DNA of 20,000 bases. It comes from an uncultured virus (IMG/VR IMGVR_UViG_3300011472_000011) (taxonomy: Duplodnaviria; Heunggongvirae; Uroviricota; Caudoviricetes). Below are positions 1 to 9,285 of this stretch, piece after piece. Position 1 is the stretch's first letter. Every line of letters starts with the position of its first letter. The stretch lies in IMG/VR virus record IMGVR_UViG_3300011472_000011, positions 56,552-76,551 of that record, one strand, 5' to 3'. The notes below the pieces were generated by a model. It was not told where the DNA came from. It was given only the letters and a program-made list of their open reading frames with translations, and did no database searches. The position numbers and the translations under genes were made by a program.

Positions 1-126
1 ACTGATGTTAGTTTTGTACCGGATTATGCAGATATAATTTATTTCAAAGGTAAAAGATTCAAGATAAATGATATTGATACAGTTACAAGAGGTCTGGTTA
101 CGATTGAAATTGTGGAGATGATTTAA
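1..126 (+). CDS. 3' end of probable head-closure / head-tail joining protein (partial, runs off the window)
   Basis: Frame 1 is open from base 1: TDVSFVPDYADIIYFKGKRFKINDIDTVTRGLVTIEIVEMI*. Its TAA (124-126) overlaps the next ATG (TAATG). The D-x-I-x-F-x-G-x-x-F-x-I-x-x-ID beta pattern and the position before the neck and tail genes fit SPP1 gp16-like stoppers. Confidence 0.5.
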   Translation, partial: TDVSFVPDYADIIYFKGKRFKINDIDTVTRGLVTIEIVEMI

Positions 127-758
127 TGGGTAAGATTAATCAGCTATCAATAGAATTTAATGAAGAAAAATTCATTTATGATTTATGTGATAAATTAATA
201 AATTGTGTAACTGAAACGCTTGGGCGAATAGAAGCTGAAATGAGATTTTTGGCTAAATCAAATACTGTAAAAAGCAGTATAAAATCTGAATTTGATAGTT
301 ATAGACATGATTTAGTTAATTATGGATTTTCTTTAATAGAAGGTAAAGTTGGAAGCACATCTTGGAAATCTTTTATTGAACAGTATGGTACTGGTTCTAA
401 AATGAATCCTGTAATGAATGTGGATTTTGAATGGTATCGTAGTAGCATATATTGGAATCCTGCAAGACAAGGAAAAGCCGTTGTTGGTAGACCCGAAGGC
501 GAATATGATACTTTAGATTGGGAAAGTGTCGATGGTGGAACAGTTACCAAATATTCAAGTGGTAATTACGAAGGGCAAAATTTAGAAGAGCTTAAAACTA
601 AAATGCCTAACGGTGGTATGGCAAGAATGTTTACACCTCAAGAACCTAATGAGTTTATGAGTAATGCTATGATAAGAGTTCATAGTGATTTTGAAAAATC
701 ATTAGTAAATATAATGAAGTCAATTAATTTAAATAAATACCTTATTACAGGAAAGTAG
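126..758 (+). CDS. phage neck / tail-completion protein, HK97 gp10-like
   Basis: 210-aa ORF with FIEQYGTG, resembling the E-Y/F-G-T motif of HK97 gp10-like proteins. It lies between the head-closure and tail-terminator genes. Confidence 0.55.
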   Translation: MGKINQLSIEFNEEKFIYDLCDKLINCVTETLGRIEAEMRFLAKSNTVKSSIKSEFDSYRHDLVNYGFSLIEGKVGSTSWKSFIEQYGTGSKMNPVMNVDFEWYRSSIYWNPARQGKAVVGRPEGEYDTLDWESVDGGTVTKYSSGNYEGQNLEELKTKMPNGGMARMFTPQEPNEFMSNAMIRVHSDFEKSLVNIMKSINLNKYLITGK

Positions 759-766
759 GTGGTCAC

Positions 767-1201
767 ATGAGGTTTGTTGATATATCGGGATTAGCTTTTT
801 TAAAATTAATTAAAGACAAAGAATTGCTTGATTTATTAGATATTCCTGAGCCTAGAGACGTTAAAACAATAAGAAAACATATATTAAATGAAGCATATCC
901 TACTGACTTAATAGAAAGTGATATATCAAGATTATGTGTTTATGAAATTACATCATCTACTAAATCTCGTAATTCATTAGAAACTTGCTACTTAGAATTT
1001 GATATATATGTTCACAAAAGAATAAATCAAGCAGATAAGAGAGCTTCTCTTATTGCTAATAAAATAAATAAATTATTTAATGAACAATACCTTGATGGTT
1101 ATAAATTAAGTTACTTTCATAGAATGGCTAGTCCTAAGACAAGCTCTGAAGATTGGGTTAAATATGGAGTGATTTTTAGATACGATAATATCGTAATTTA
1201 A
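767..1201 (+). CDS. probable tail terminator / tail completion protein
   Basis: 144 aa with RBS AGGTGG upstream. It has a LEFDIYVH beta-strand followed by a helix (RASLIANKINKLF) and sits immediately before the major tail protein. Confidence 0.55.
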   Translation: MRFVDISGLAFLKLIKDKELLDLLDIPEPRDVKTIRKHILNEAYPTDLIESDISRLCVYEITSSTKSRNSLETCYLEFDIYVHKRINQADKRASLIANKINKLFNEQYLDGYKLSYFHRMASPKTSSEDWVKYGVIFRYDNIVI

Positions 1202-1219
1202 TAAGGAGGAAATCGCAAT

Positions 1220-1960
1220 ATGAAACAAATATTATATGGTGTTGGTAAATCTCTTTTAAAGAAATATACTGATCCAACTAAAATAATTGCAATGTCAGAA
1301 TTGAAAGATTTAACAGTACAATTTTCTGGCGATGAAGAAGAAGTTACAGGTGGAGATGGTTTATATCCTTTAGCTTATTTTCCAAAAGCAAAGTCAATAA
1401 CAATTAGTGCTACGAATGCTACTTTTGATATAGGTATGCTTGAAATGTCTCAAAATACTGTTTCTTCTACTGGTGCTGTTGAAATGACAGAAATTTTTAA
1501 TTATGAAATACCTTCCGGCGGAGTTGTAGAGCTTGAACATGAGCCTAATGTCAATAGTATTGTAGTTAATGGCTATACTGCGTACACAGGAAGTAACCCT
1601 ATCCCAGCAGGACAGTACAAAGCTGATATTGACTCTATAACATTCTCAACGGAAGATATAGGCAAAGAAATTACAGGATATTATGAAAGACAAACTTCTT
1701 CAAAAGCTACAAGTGTAGCAGGATTAAAGGATGGTATGAGTCAGACCGCTATATTTATCCACAGAATCCCTATATATGATGATAATACAACAATTGTTGG
1801 ACAAGGACAATTGACAATATTCAAGTGTAAATCAGATGGTAATTTTGAATTTAACTTTGCTGAGAAAACTGCTTACGCTCCTAAATTTTCACTAAAGGCT
1901 TTAGACCCTAAAAGAGCTGATAAGAAACTTTGGGATTTTGTAATTGATCCGGTTGCTTAA
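1220..1960 (+). CDS. major tail (tube) protein
   Basis: 246 aa, beta-rich, strong RBS AAGGAGG (1203-1209), followed by a terminator, then chaperone genes and the tape measure gene: canonical siphovirus synteny. Confidence 0.75.
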   Translation: MKQILYGVGKSLLKKYTDPTKIIAMSELKDLTVQFSGDEEEVTGGDGLYPLAYFPKAKSITISATNATFDIGMLEMSQNTVSSTGAVEMTEIFNYEIPSGGVVELEHEPNVNSIVVNGYTAYTGSNPIPAGQYKADIDSITFSTEDIGKEITGYYERQTSSKATSVAGLKDGMSQTAIFIHRIPIYDDNTTIVGQGQLTIFKCKSDGNFEFNFAEKTAYAPKFSLKALDPKRADKKLWDFVIDPVA

Positions 1961-1965
1961 AACAT

Positions 1966-1986
1966 GGGGGTAATATTCCCCCTTTT
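1966..1986 (+). terminator. intrinsic terminator after major tail protein
   Basis: GGGGG-taatatt-CCCCC followed by TTTT. Confidence 0.65.
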
Positions 1987-2015
1987 AATACTTTTAAAAC
2001 AAAAGGAGTGGTAAA

Positions 2016-2393
2016 ATGAAAGATACGGATAAGATTGATAAAGATTTTAATGAACTAGATATAGCTTTGGGAAATCCCAAAGTGGTCGATTCTTTCGCGG
2101 ATGGCAAAAACAGAAGTTTAAATTTTGTACCAATGAGTAAATTTTCAGAATTCATGAAATGTGTTAATTCCATAGATTATAAAAATTTATGGATTAATTA
2201 TATGAATGAGGATATGCAAGAAAGTTTAATTAAAGTCTTAAAAATGTCTTTTATAGAAAATGAATTAGATGAAATACTGGAACAAATTAATGCTGAAAAT
2301 TATCCTGAAATAATTACTAAAATATTAAAAATTAATGGAATTGAATTAAAAACTAATGAAGGAATTGGTGAAAGTCAAGCAAAAAAGGAATAG
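2016..2393 (+). CDS. tail assembly chaperone (lambda gpG-like)
   Basis: 125-aa acidic helical protein between the major tail and tape measure genes, RBS AAGGAG. It ends GCA AAA AAG GAA TAG, which contains a slippery heptamer. Confidence 0.8.
   Translation: MKDTDKIDKDFNELDIALGNPKVVDSFADGKNRSLNFVPMSKFSEFMKCVNSIDYKNLWINYMNEDMQESLIKVLKMSFIENELDEILEQINAENYPEIITKILKINGIELKTNEGIGESQAKKE
2381..2387 (+). promoter_or_regulatory. programmed -1 ribosomal frameshift site A AAA AAG
   Basis: X XXY YYZ heptamer in the correct phase one codon before the stop. The -1 frame stays open from 2387 to the TAA at 2648-2650. Confidence 0.85.
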
Positions 2394-2650
2394 GCTTTCG
2401 TCAGGGTATTAATTTAATATATGCATTTACATCTCTTACTCCTGACGATGTTAAAAATATGGGAAATGTGCAATATCAAGATTTAATATCTTCGATTAGC
2501 AGAAAATTAAATTGGGATTTGCAAACTAATATAATTGCAGTAACTGGAAAGTTAGAAAATGAAGATAATCCTCTTTTCCCAATTGAACAAGAAGAAGATA
2601 AAGTTTTTAGATTAAAAGATGCTTTGGCTTTACAAGAACAATGTAAATAA
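2387..2650 (+). CDS. frameshifted C-terminal extension of tail assembly chaperone (gpGT-like; fusion about 211 aa)
   Basis: The -1 frame reads GIGFRQGINLIYAFTSLTPDDVKN and continues into the listed 63-aa ORF (MGNVQYQ...). The ATG at 2459 has no RBS. Confidence 0.8.
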   Translation, partial: GIGFRQGINLIYAFTSLTPDDVKNMGNVQYQDLISSISRKLNWDLQTNIIAVTGKLENEDNPLFPIEQEEDKVFRLKDALALQEQCK

Positions 2651-2657
2651 GAAAATT

Positions 2658-2687
2658 AATAAGGTAGGTATCCCCTGCCTTATTTTT
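2658..2687 (+). terminator. intrinsic terminator-like hairpin before tape measure gene
   Basis: AATAAGGTAGG-tatcc-CCTGCCTTATT (11-bp stem with one G.U pair), running into a T-tract. Confidence 0.65.
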
Positions 2688-2704
2688 ATATAAGGAGGTT
2701 TTAT

Positions 2705-5700
2705 ATGGCTGATGATTTAAAATTATTTGGTTCTGTCGGTCTTGATATATCTACTCTAAAGAAAGATATAGAAGCTTTAAAAAGTGAAATTAAAAAAGGC
2801 AATAAAAGTGTCAATGAACTAGGTAAGGTTTTCGATGATGTTAATGTTAAATTAAATAATACTTTTAAGAATGTTAACATAAGCGATATGGCTAAAATAT
2901 TTTCTTCTATGGAAGCTTTGCAAACTAAACATAACACGAAACAATTAAATAGCATTACAGTAAATAATGCCAAAATACTTCAAAACCAACAAAAAACTGA
3001 TGCTAAAATTCTTTCAGATAAATTAAAAAATGAAGCAAGAATTTCTGAAATAAATTCAAGAACCACAAGTAATGGACTTAAGCAAATAGGCATAGATGCA
3101 CAAAATAGAACAAAAGCTATAAATTCTGAGACAGCAGCAATTAAACAACAAATAGCTCAATACAAGCTTCTTGAAGCTCAAAAGAAATATACTTCAACAA
3201 GCAGCTATAACAGTTTTTCCAATAGATTCAACAGTTTAGCAGACTACTTATTAGCCAGTACAGGTATGTATTCTGCTATTTCTGCGTTTAATAAAGTATT
3301 AGATGTAAATAAGGACTTTGAAGTTCAACAAATATCACTTCAAAGAGTTCTTGATGGTACTGTCGTACAAATGGAGAGACTTAAAGGTATTACTTTTGAA
3401 GTTGCTACTGAAACTGGTAATCTAGTAAATGATATTCAAACTATTGAAAACTTATGGATAAGAACTGGTGTTGAAACTTCTGATGCTATTAAGGAATTAA
3501 GTAAAGTTACAGCTATGGGGTTAAATGTTGCTGAATTTGATAATGCAGAACAGAGTGTCAGTTTTTTAAATGCAGCTATCAATCAGATGGTCAACGGCGA
3601 TTGGAAACAAGCAGAAAACATTTTAAGTAGTTGGGCAAAAGTATCAGATTACACTGCTGTTAAGACTACTAAAGATTTAGCTGAAGTTGTTGCACGTTCT
3701 GGTTCTTATGCTAAACAATTAGGAATGAGCTACCATGAGCTTAATGCAATGTCTGCTATTGTATCTGAAAGAATGGCTAAATCAGGTGAAGAAATCGGTA
3801 CAGCATTCAAAAGCATTTTTTCCAGAATACAGGATGAAAATTATTATAAAATAATTGAAAGCTATGGTGTTAAAGTTACCGAAGTTGGAAAATATGGATA
3901 TGAAACTTTTAGAAGCTTCACCGATATTATGGATGACTTGAATGCTAAATTTAAACAATTGTCAGAAGCAGATTATGATGTTGCTATAGCTGAAATTACT
4001 AAGGCTCTTGGTGGAACAAGGCAAGGTAATTATATTCAAAATTTGATTGCAGGTTGGGACACTTTCGATGAAAAAGTTAAAATTTCAACTGAGAGTGCTG
4101 GATATGTTGCTGAGCAAAACGAAAAAATAATGGAATCTTTTGATAAACAATTGAAACAACTTCAAGCAAGTCTTACTGAATTAGCTGTAATTCTTGGTGA
4201 TGCTGGAATAATGGACTTTTTAGAAGGATTAGTAAGTGGTGCAACATGGGCTGTTGATGCTTTCAATAGTATGGATGCACCTTTAAGAAATACCATTGCC
4301 TCAGTTTCAGAATTACTTATAGCTCTTGGCTTATTAGGAGCAATTAAAAATAAAGTATTTGGAGATCATATAATAAACAAAATGTATGAATCTTTGAAGA
4401 GACTTTATTACGGAACTCTTGATATGACTATGGCACAAGAATTACTTAATAAAGGACTAGCTGATGGCTCTCTTGAACAAAAAGATTACAATGATATTGT
4501 TGACGCTTTAAACGGTAAACGAAAATTAGAAACCCTAAATACCAATGCTCAAACTGTAGCTGAAAACATACAAACAGCGGCAACCACAAAATTAGTTACC
4601 GTAAAAACTCTCTTACATGGTGTTTTGAAATCATTAATCTTTATAATTCCGATGGTTATAGTTGCATATAATACATGGAAAAATTCACAAGAAGAGCTAT
4701 ATAGGCAGCAAGTTGAAAATCTTAAAAAACATAAAGAAGAGCTACAAACAGCTGAAACCTTAATTCAAAGATATGAACATTTAACAAAAGCTTATAAAAC
4801 TAATGCTGATGGAATCGCAGTTCTTGGCGAAAAAACAGAATACACCAACGAGGAAAAAGCCGAGTTAAAAAATATTACTGAACAGTTAATAGAATTATTT
4901 CCTGAATCAGCTAATTTGATAGATACTGAGACAAATGCTTATGGTAGGCAATTAGAAGTTTTGAAAACATTAAATGCCGAAAAGAAAAAAGATATTTTAG
5001 ATGATTCTAAATTGTTCTTAATTCAAAATAAAAGTTCTTATGATAAAGCTTTGAAAGAAAGAAACCAAAAACAAAATGCATATGATTTAAGAAGAGCACA
5101 ACTAGATAGATATATTGTTGATGGTAATATTAATCCTAATTGGTCTGCAAATGAAGCAAAAAATTTATCAAAATTAAAAAAAGAAATAGAAGGACTTAAT
5201 GATGTTATTGAAGAATATAATAACAACATTAAAATTGTTGGTAATATTGAACGTGAATTAAATCCAACTGATCTTTCAGAAGCAGAACAAGAAAAACGGT
5301 TACTTCGTCAGAAGAAAGGCAATGCTATTATTCCTACAGACGATGACGAGGACATGGATTATTCAGGGTTAGAACCTTTAGAAGATAGTAAGAAAAAGAA
5401 ATATAAGCCTTTTGAAATTGACTATAGAGATTTTAATAATTCAATTAAGGCTTTAGAATATGAGCTTAATTTACTTGACCGTAAAGAAAAGTTTTTAGAG
5501 GCAACTGGTTATAAGAATCAGGAAGATGTCGATGTACAAAATCTAATCAAAAAGTACAAGGAGCTAAAAAGTGTTCGTGAAGCTTTGCCTTCGAAATATT
5601 CTGGAAATGTTGATTTAACACATAGAAATATTGTTTTCGATGACGAAGGTTATTATAACACTTTATTAGGTGAAACTTACGAGTATAAAGATTTTGGCAT

Positions 5701-7618
5701 AAATAAGGCTGGTGCTTTTAATGTCACTCCAATATTACCAGATGGAACATTAATAGAAAATCTTGAAGATTATATATGGAATCAACTAGATAACGGAAAA
5801 GCTCTTGAAGATTTAGATATTTTTATGGGCGGAGATTATTCTTCTATTAATGAAGCTGTTAAAGCGGCTATAAAACTCCATGATGAACAGGCAGAGATTT
5901 ATAATGAGGAAGCGAATTTATTAAGCCTAATAAATGATTTAGCCGATAAAAATAATATGTCTGTTCAGGAATATATAGATAATATTACAAACTTAGATAA
6001 AATAACAAGAATATATAATCTGTATATGGAGCAAATTCAAGCTCATAACAATAAAATTAATGAACTGAATAAACAACATGGTGAGTATAAGAGTCTTCTT
6101 GTAGATGTTGAAAGACGACTCAATTCCCTATCCCCTACTTCTGAAAATTATGAAGCAGATTTAGAAGCATTAACAAAAGCTCATGATGAATTGTCAGATA
6201 AAATTAGACAAACCGTTCTTGATATAAAAGATGAGCAACTAGCCATAGAAGATATAAATAATTCTATAACACAGATGATTATTGATAATTTGTCTAGTGG
6301 CTTAAATACTCAGAAAGATATTGCATCAAAGAAATTACAATTACAGCAAGAAAAAGAAATAGCTAAGCTTCAAAAGCAGAATTATAGTGGTAAGTCTCAA
6401 GATGAATATAATTCATACATGGACAATAAAATAAATAAGCTTGAAAAGGAATTAAAAATACTTAATGAGCAAGCTGAAGCTCAAGAAAAATTAAATAGAC
6501 TTAAAAAGATACAGGAAGAAATTGATGCTGTTAAGGCTGATACACGATTTGCCTACATTGATGAAACTACTGGCAGAGAAATTTATACTTACGATAGAGG
6601 CAAGGTAAAAGAGCTTGAAAAACAGTATCAAGATGAACTCCAGAAGCAACGTGAAGATGATAATAAGCAAAAAATACAAGACGAAATTGATTCTTTAAAA
6701 GAACAGCAAAAAGTTGCCAATGATGCTTACAATAAAGCTTTGAAGGATTTAGAAAAATCTCATAAGAATCAGATTGAAGCTTTGAATGAATATTGGGAAC
6801 GGAAATTAAGATCTGAAAACATTAAGCAACAAGCATTAAGTCTGATACAAAGCATTGGTTATAAAAATGCTCTTGGTGCTACTAATCAGTTTAATCTTAA
6901 TATGTCATCATTATATGATGAACAAGCCTTTCAATCTTATATAGATGGTAAAAAGATTACTGATAGCTTGTTTGACGGCTTATTTAGCGATTTGGATTCT
7001 TATATTGCTGAATATATGTCAAAAATTAATTCTCTGAATGGCTCTAGTAGTAAAAGTTCGGGTTCATCTAGTAGTGGTAGTTCTGGCTCTAATAGTTCAA
7101 ATAGCTCCAATCAAAATAATGCTACTGCTACTATACCTGGAGTGGGTACTGTTCCTGTTCATATTGACAACAATGGAAAAACTACTACAAGTGGATTGCC
7201 AGCAGGAACTGTTGTACATACTGGCGGTGGAGACTATGAAATTACTGGTGGAACTGGTGGTAATTATACAGCTAAGAAAAAATATGCTCTTGGTGGAGTT
7301 AATGATTTTACTGGGTTAGCACAACTTGATGGTACTCCTGCTACTGTTGAGACTATATTTAATGCAACTGATGGCAAGAAATTGTATGATTTAGTTCATG
7401 ACACAAGTAATCTATCACAATTGGTTGCTAACAATATATCTAAAAATGTAGGCAATTTTACTGTAAAGTCACCTACTTTTAGCATGGGCGCTGATATTTC
7501 TAAGAAAAATCTATCGAGTGATAAAAATAAGCAAGTGGTTATTTACATTAATAAAGTAAATGCAGATAATTTTGATGAATTTATGAACTCAATAAGTCCA
7601 TATATAAGTGCTAGATAA
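2705..7618 (+). CDS. phage tail tape measure protein (TP901-like core)
   Basis: 1637 aa with RBS AAGGAGG. It has a TP901-type core (ARSGSYAKQLGMSYHELNAMSAIVSE...SGEEIGTAFKSIFSRI), hydrophobic segments, long coiled-coil regions and the C-terminal YALGG...GLAQLDG...E TMP motif. It follows the chaperone pair. Confidence 0.93.
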   Translation: MADDLKLFGSVGLDISTLKKDIEALKSEIKKGNKSVNELGKVFDDVNVKLNNTFKNVNISDMAKIFSSMEALQTKHNTKQLNSITVNNAKILQNQQKTDAKILSDKLKNEARISEINSRTTSNGLKQIGIDAQNRTKAINSETAAIKQQIAQYKLLEAQKKYTSTSSYNSFSNRFNSLADYLLASTGMYSAISAFNKVLDVNKDFEVQQISLQRVLDGTVVQMERLKGITFEVATETGNLVNDIQTIENLWIRTGVETSDAIKELSKVTAMGLNVAEFDNAEQSVSFLNAAINQMVNGDWKQAENILSSWAKVSDYTAVKTTKDLAEVVARSGSYAKQLGMSYHELNAMSAIVSERMAKSGEEIGTAFKSIFSRIQDENYYKIIESYGVKVTEVGKYGYETFRSFTDIMDDLNAKFKQLSEADYDVAIAEITKALGGTRQGNYIQNLIAGWDTFDEKVKISTESAGYVAEQNEKIMESFDKQLKQLQASLTELAVILGDAGIMDFLEGLVSGATWAVDAFNSMDAPLRNTIASVSELLIALGLLGAIKNKVFGDHIINKMYESLKRLYYGTLDMTMAQELLNKGLADGSLEQKDYNDIVDALNGKRKLETLNTNAQTVAENIQTAATTKLVTVKTLLHGVLKSLIFIIPMVIVAYNTWKNSQEELYRQQVENLKKHKEELQTAETLIQRYEHLTKAYKTNADGIAVLGEKTEYTNEEKAELKNITEQLIELFPESANLIDTETNAYGRQLEVLKTLNAEKKKDILDDSKLFLIQNKSSYDKALKERNQKQNAYDLRRAQLDRYIVDGNINPNWSANEAKNLSKLKKEIEGLNDVIEEYNNNIKIVGNIERELNPTDLSEAEQEKRLLRQKKGNAIIPTDDDEDMDYSGLEPLEDSKKKKYKPFEIDYRDFNNSIKALEYELNLLDRKEKFLEATGYKNQEDVDVQNLIKKYKELKSVREALPSKYSGNVDLTHRNIVFDDEGYYNTLLGETYEYKDFGINKAGAFNVTPILPDGTLIENLEDYIWNQLDNGKALEDLDIFMGGDYSSINEAVKAAIKLHDEQAEIYNEEANLLSLINDLADKNNMSVQEYIDNITNLDKITRIYNLYMEQIQAHNNKINELNKQHGEYKSLLVDVERRLNSLSPTSENYEADLEALTKAHDELSDKIRQTVLDIKDEQLAIEDINNSITQMIIDNLSSGLNTQKDIASKKLQLQQEKEIAKLQKQNYSGKSQDEYNSYMDNKINKLEKELKILNEQAEAQEKLNRLKKIQEEIDAVKADTRFAYIDETTGREIYTYDRGKVKELEKQYQDELQKQREDDNKQKIQDEIDSLKEQQKVANDAYNKALKDLEKSHKNQIEALNEYWERKLRSENIKQQALSLIQSIGYKNALGATNQFNLNMSSLYDEQAFQSYIDGKKITDSLFDGLFSDLDSYIAEYMSKINSLNGSSSKSSGSSSSGSSGSNSSNSSNQNNATATIPGVGTVPVHIDNNGKTTTSGLPAGTVVHTGGGDYEITGGTGGNYTAKKKYALGGVNDFTGLAQLDGTPATVETIFNATDGKKLYDLVHDTSNLSQLVANNISKNVGNFTVKSPTFSMGADISKKNLSSDKNKQVVIYINKVNADNFDEFMNSISPYISAR

Positions 7619-7619
7619 T

Positions 7620-7672
7620 TAAAAAATAACTTCATTTCATGTTGTAATAAAGTGACTTGAAGTTATTTTTTA
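7620..7672. terminator. 15-bp inverted repeat, probable bidirectional terminator after the TMP gene
   Basis: TAAAAAATAACTTCA (7620-7634) pairs perfectly with TGAAGTTATTTTTTA (7658-7672). A/T tracts lie on both sides. Confidence 0.65.
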
Positions 7673-7736
7673 TTGATTTTACTTGTTTTTACCCCTATTT
7701 ATCGTTATATACATATATACGAATCGAGGTGAGAAT

Positions 7737-8750
7737 ATGATTTTAAAGCCAAGCGAAATACTCCCTGACAATGGAGCTTTTTCTGCTGAAAATGCAATAC
7801 AAATCACATGGAAAAACAATGGTGATTCTATGAAAGCATATGAAATAATTGTTGAAGATAACTCTACTGGAAACCAAGTTTATACAAGCGGAAAAATTAA
7901 TGCATATTCAGGGAAGCATACCATATCTGCGAACACTCTTGTTAATGGTATATTATATAGATTTAAAATTAAGGTTTACAACGGAATTGATGAATATGCA
8001 ATTTCTGATTATAAGGTGTTCTCTTGTTATAGCAGCCCTTCCGTTGTTATTCCTAACGATGGCTATATAAGAAATCAACTATTGACGGTTTCTGCTGTTT
8101 ATAATCAGAGTCAAAATATTTTATTAAACACTTATAAATTTATTTTATATGATGAATATGAAAACATACTTGAGGAAAGTGAATATAAGTACGATGGTTT
8201 ATTAAATCATAATTTTACTTATAAGTTAGAAAATGACGGAGTTTATAAAGTAGAATGCGTAGTATTCACTGTTAATGGAATCTTAGGCTCTAGCGGAAAG
8301 GTTACTTTAACTGCTCAATATGAAGCTCCAACTGTATATTTTCAAATGCAGACAAGCGTACCATACGATAAATGTTACGTTGAATTAGCATGGTCAACAG
8401 TTAGAATTATAGGTAAAACAATCAACTCCCCTGTCTATATTGATAGCAATATGATTGACTTATCTAATGATATATTAACCTATGATGATTGTTTTGAATT
8501 GCCTGCAAAATTCACCTTAAGGATATGGTTAAAAAAAATAAAAATAAAAATAAATTTGGTTGAATTAATCGGTTCAAATGGTTCTATTATTATAAGTTAT
8601 TATGATAACAAATTTCACGCGTTTAGGAACGTAAAGGATATCAAAACACATATTGTTTCTCAGGAATTAAACGTATTAGAAGATGATTTAGTATATGTAT
8701 GTTTACAACAGTTAAATGGATTTATGAATATTTTTTGTGAGGTGATTTAA
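7737..8750 (+). CDS. tail-tip structural protein with Ig/Fn3-like beta-sandwich domains
   Basis: Start moved from 7683 to ATG 7737 because of RBS GAGGTG (337 aa). Fn3-like patterns: ITW...AYEIIV...LVNGILYRFKIKVY and LENDGVYKVECVVFT. It directly follows the TMP. Confidence 0.6.
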   Translation: MILKPSEILPDNGAFSAENAIQITWKNNGDSMKAYEIIVEDNSTGNQVYTSGKINAYSGKHTISANTLVNGILYRFKIKVYNGIDEYAISDYKVFSCYSSPSVVIPNDGYIRNQLLTVSAVYNQSQNILLNTYKFILYDEYENILEESEYKYDGLLNHNFTYKLENDGVYKVECVVFTVNGILGSSGKVTLTAQYEAPTVYFQMQTSVPYDKCYVELAWSTVRIIGKTINSPVYIDSNMIDLSNDILTYDDCFELPAKFTLRIWLKKIKIKINLVELIGSNGSIIISYYDNKFHAFRNVKDIKTHIVSQELNVLEDDLVYVCLQQLNGFMNIFCEVI

Positions 8751-9274
8751 TGGCAAACAGATCAAATTTTCCTCAGAGTATAGATGTTTTTATAGAGCAT
8801 TATGATATACAAGCTTCAGAAAAAAGTTCTGTATTAAGATATCAAGAATTAAAGCTAAAGCCTACTTTAACGACATCTGAGCAGTTGGAATTAAGTGATT
8901 TAACAACAGTTTTAAGAGATAAAATTTTTACTCCTGAAGATTTTAATAAGCTACAGGACTGTATTACTAACTTAGAAATATTTTTTAGAGATAATGTTGA
9001 TGATTATATTGTAACTAAGCAGAATGATGTTAGCCAAACTGTTATTAATGCTAAGAATGATGTACAAGCATCTAAGAACAGTGCTTTACAAGCTATTGAA
9101 GATAAAAAGGCTGATATTATTGAGTATATGGACTCAACTACAGCAGGTGCTATAAGAAATGATATGGGTGTTATGGGTGAATTATTAACATTTGATAAAT
9201 CAAGTTTAGTTAACGCAATTAATGAAGTTCTTCTAATGGCTTCAAATTCATATATAGACGGTGGAATATTTTAG
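8750..9274 (+). CDS. proximal tail fibre / fibre adaptor protein
   Basis: 174 aa, coiled coil, with the fibre motif G-x-L-x-T-x-D-K-S-S-L-V-N-A-I-N-E. It ends in IDGGIF and is translationally coupled to the previous gene (TAATG). Confidence 0.55.
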   Translation: MANRSNFPQSIDVFIEHYDIQASEKSSVLRYQELKLKPTLTTSEQLELSDLTTVLRDKIFTPEDFNKLQDCITNLEIFFRDNVDDYIVTKQNDVSQTVINAKNDVQASKNSALQAIEDKKADIIEYMDSTTAGAIRNDMGVMGELLTFDKSSLVNAINEVLLMASNSYIDGGIF

Positions 9275-9285
9275 GAGGTTTATAA

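Noticed and set aside
7673..7720. Internal promoter after the TMP terminator (TTGATT/TTGTTT with TATTTA/TATATA)
   Set aside because: Only weak consensus matches in very AT-rich sequence.
7038..8070. Alternative-frame plus-strand ORFs 7038-7319 and 7849-8070
   Set aside because: Nested in real genes. Their Leu/Val/Met-rich composition is the expected off-frame reading of NNT-biased codons.
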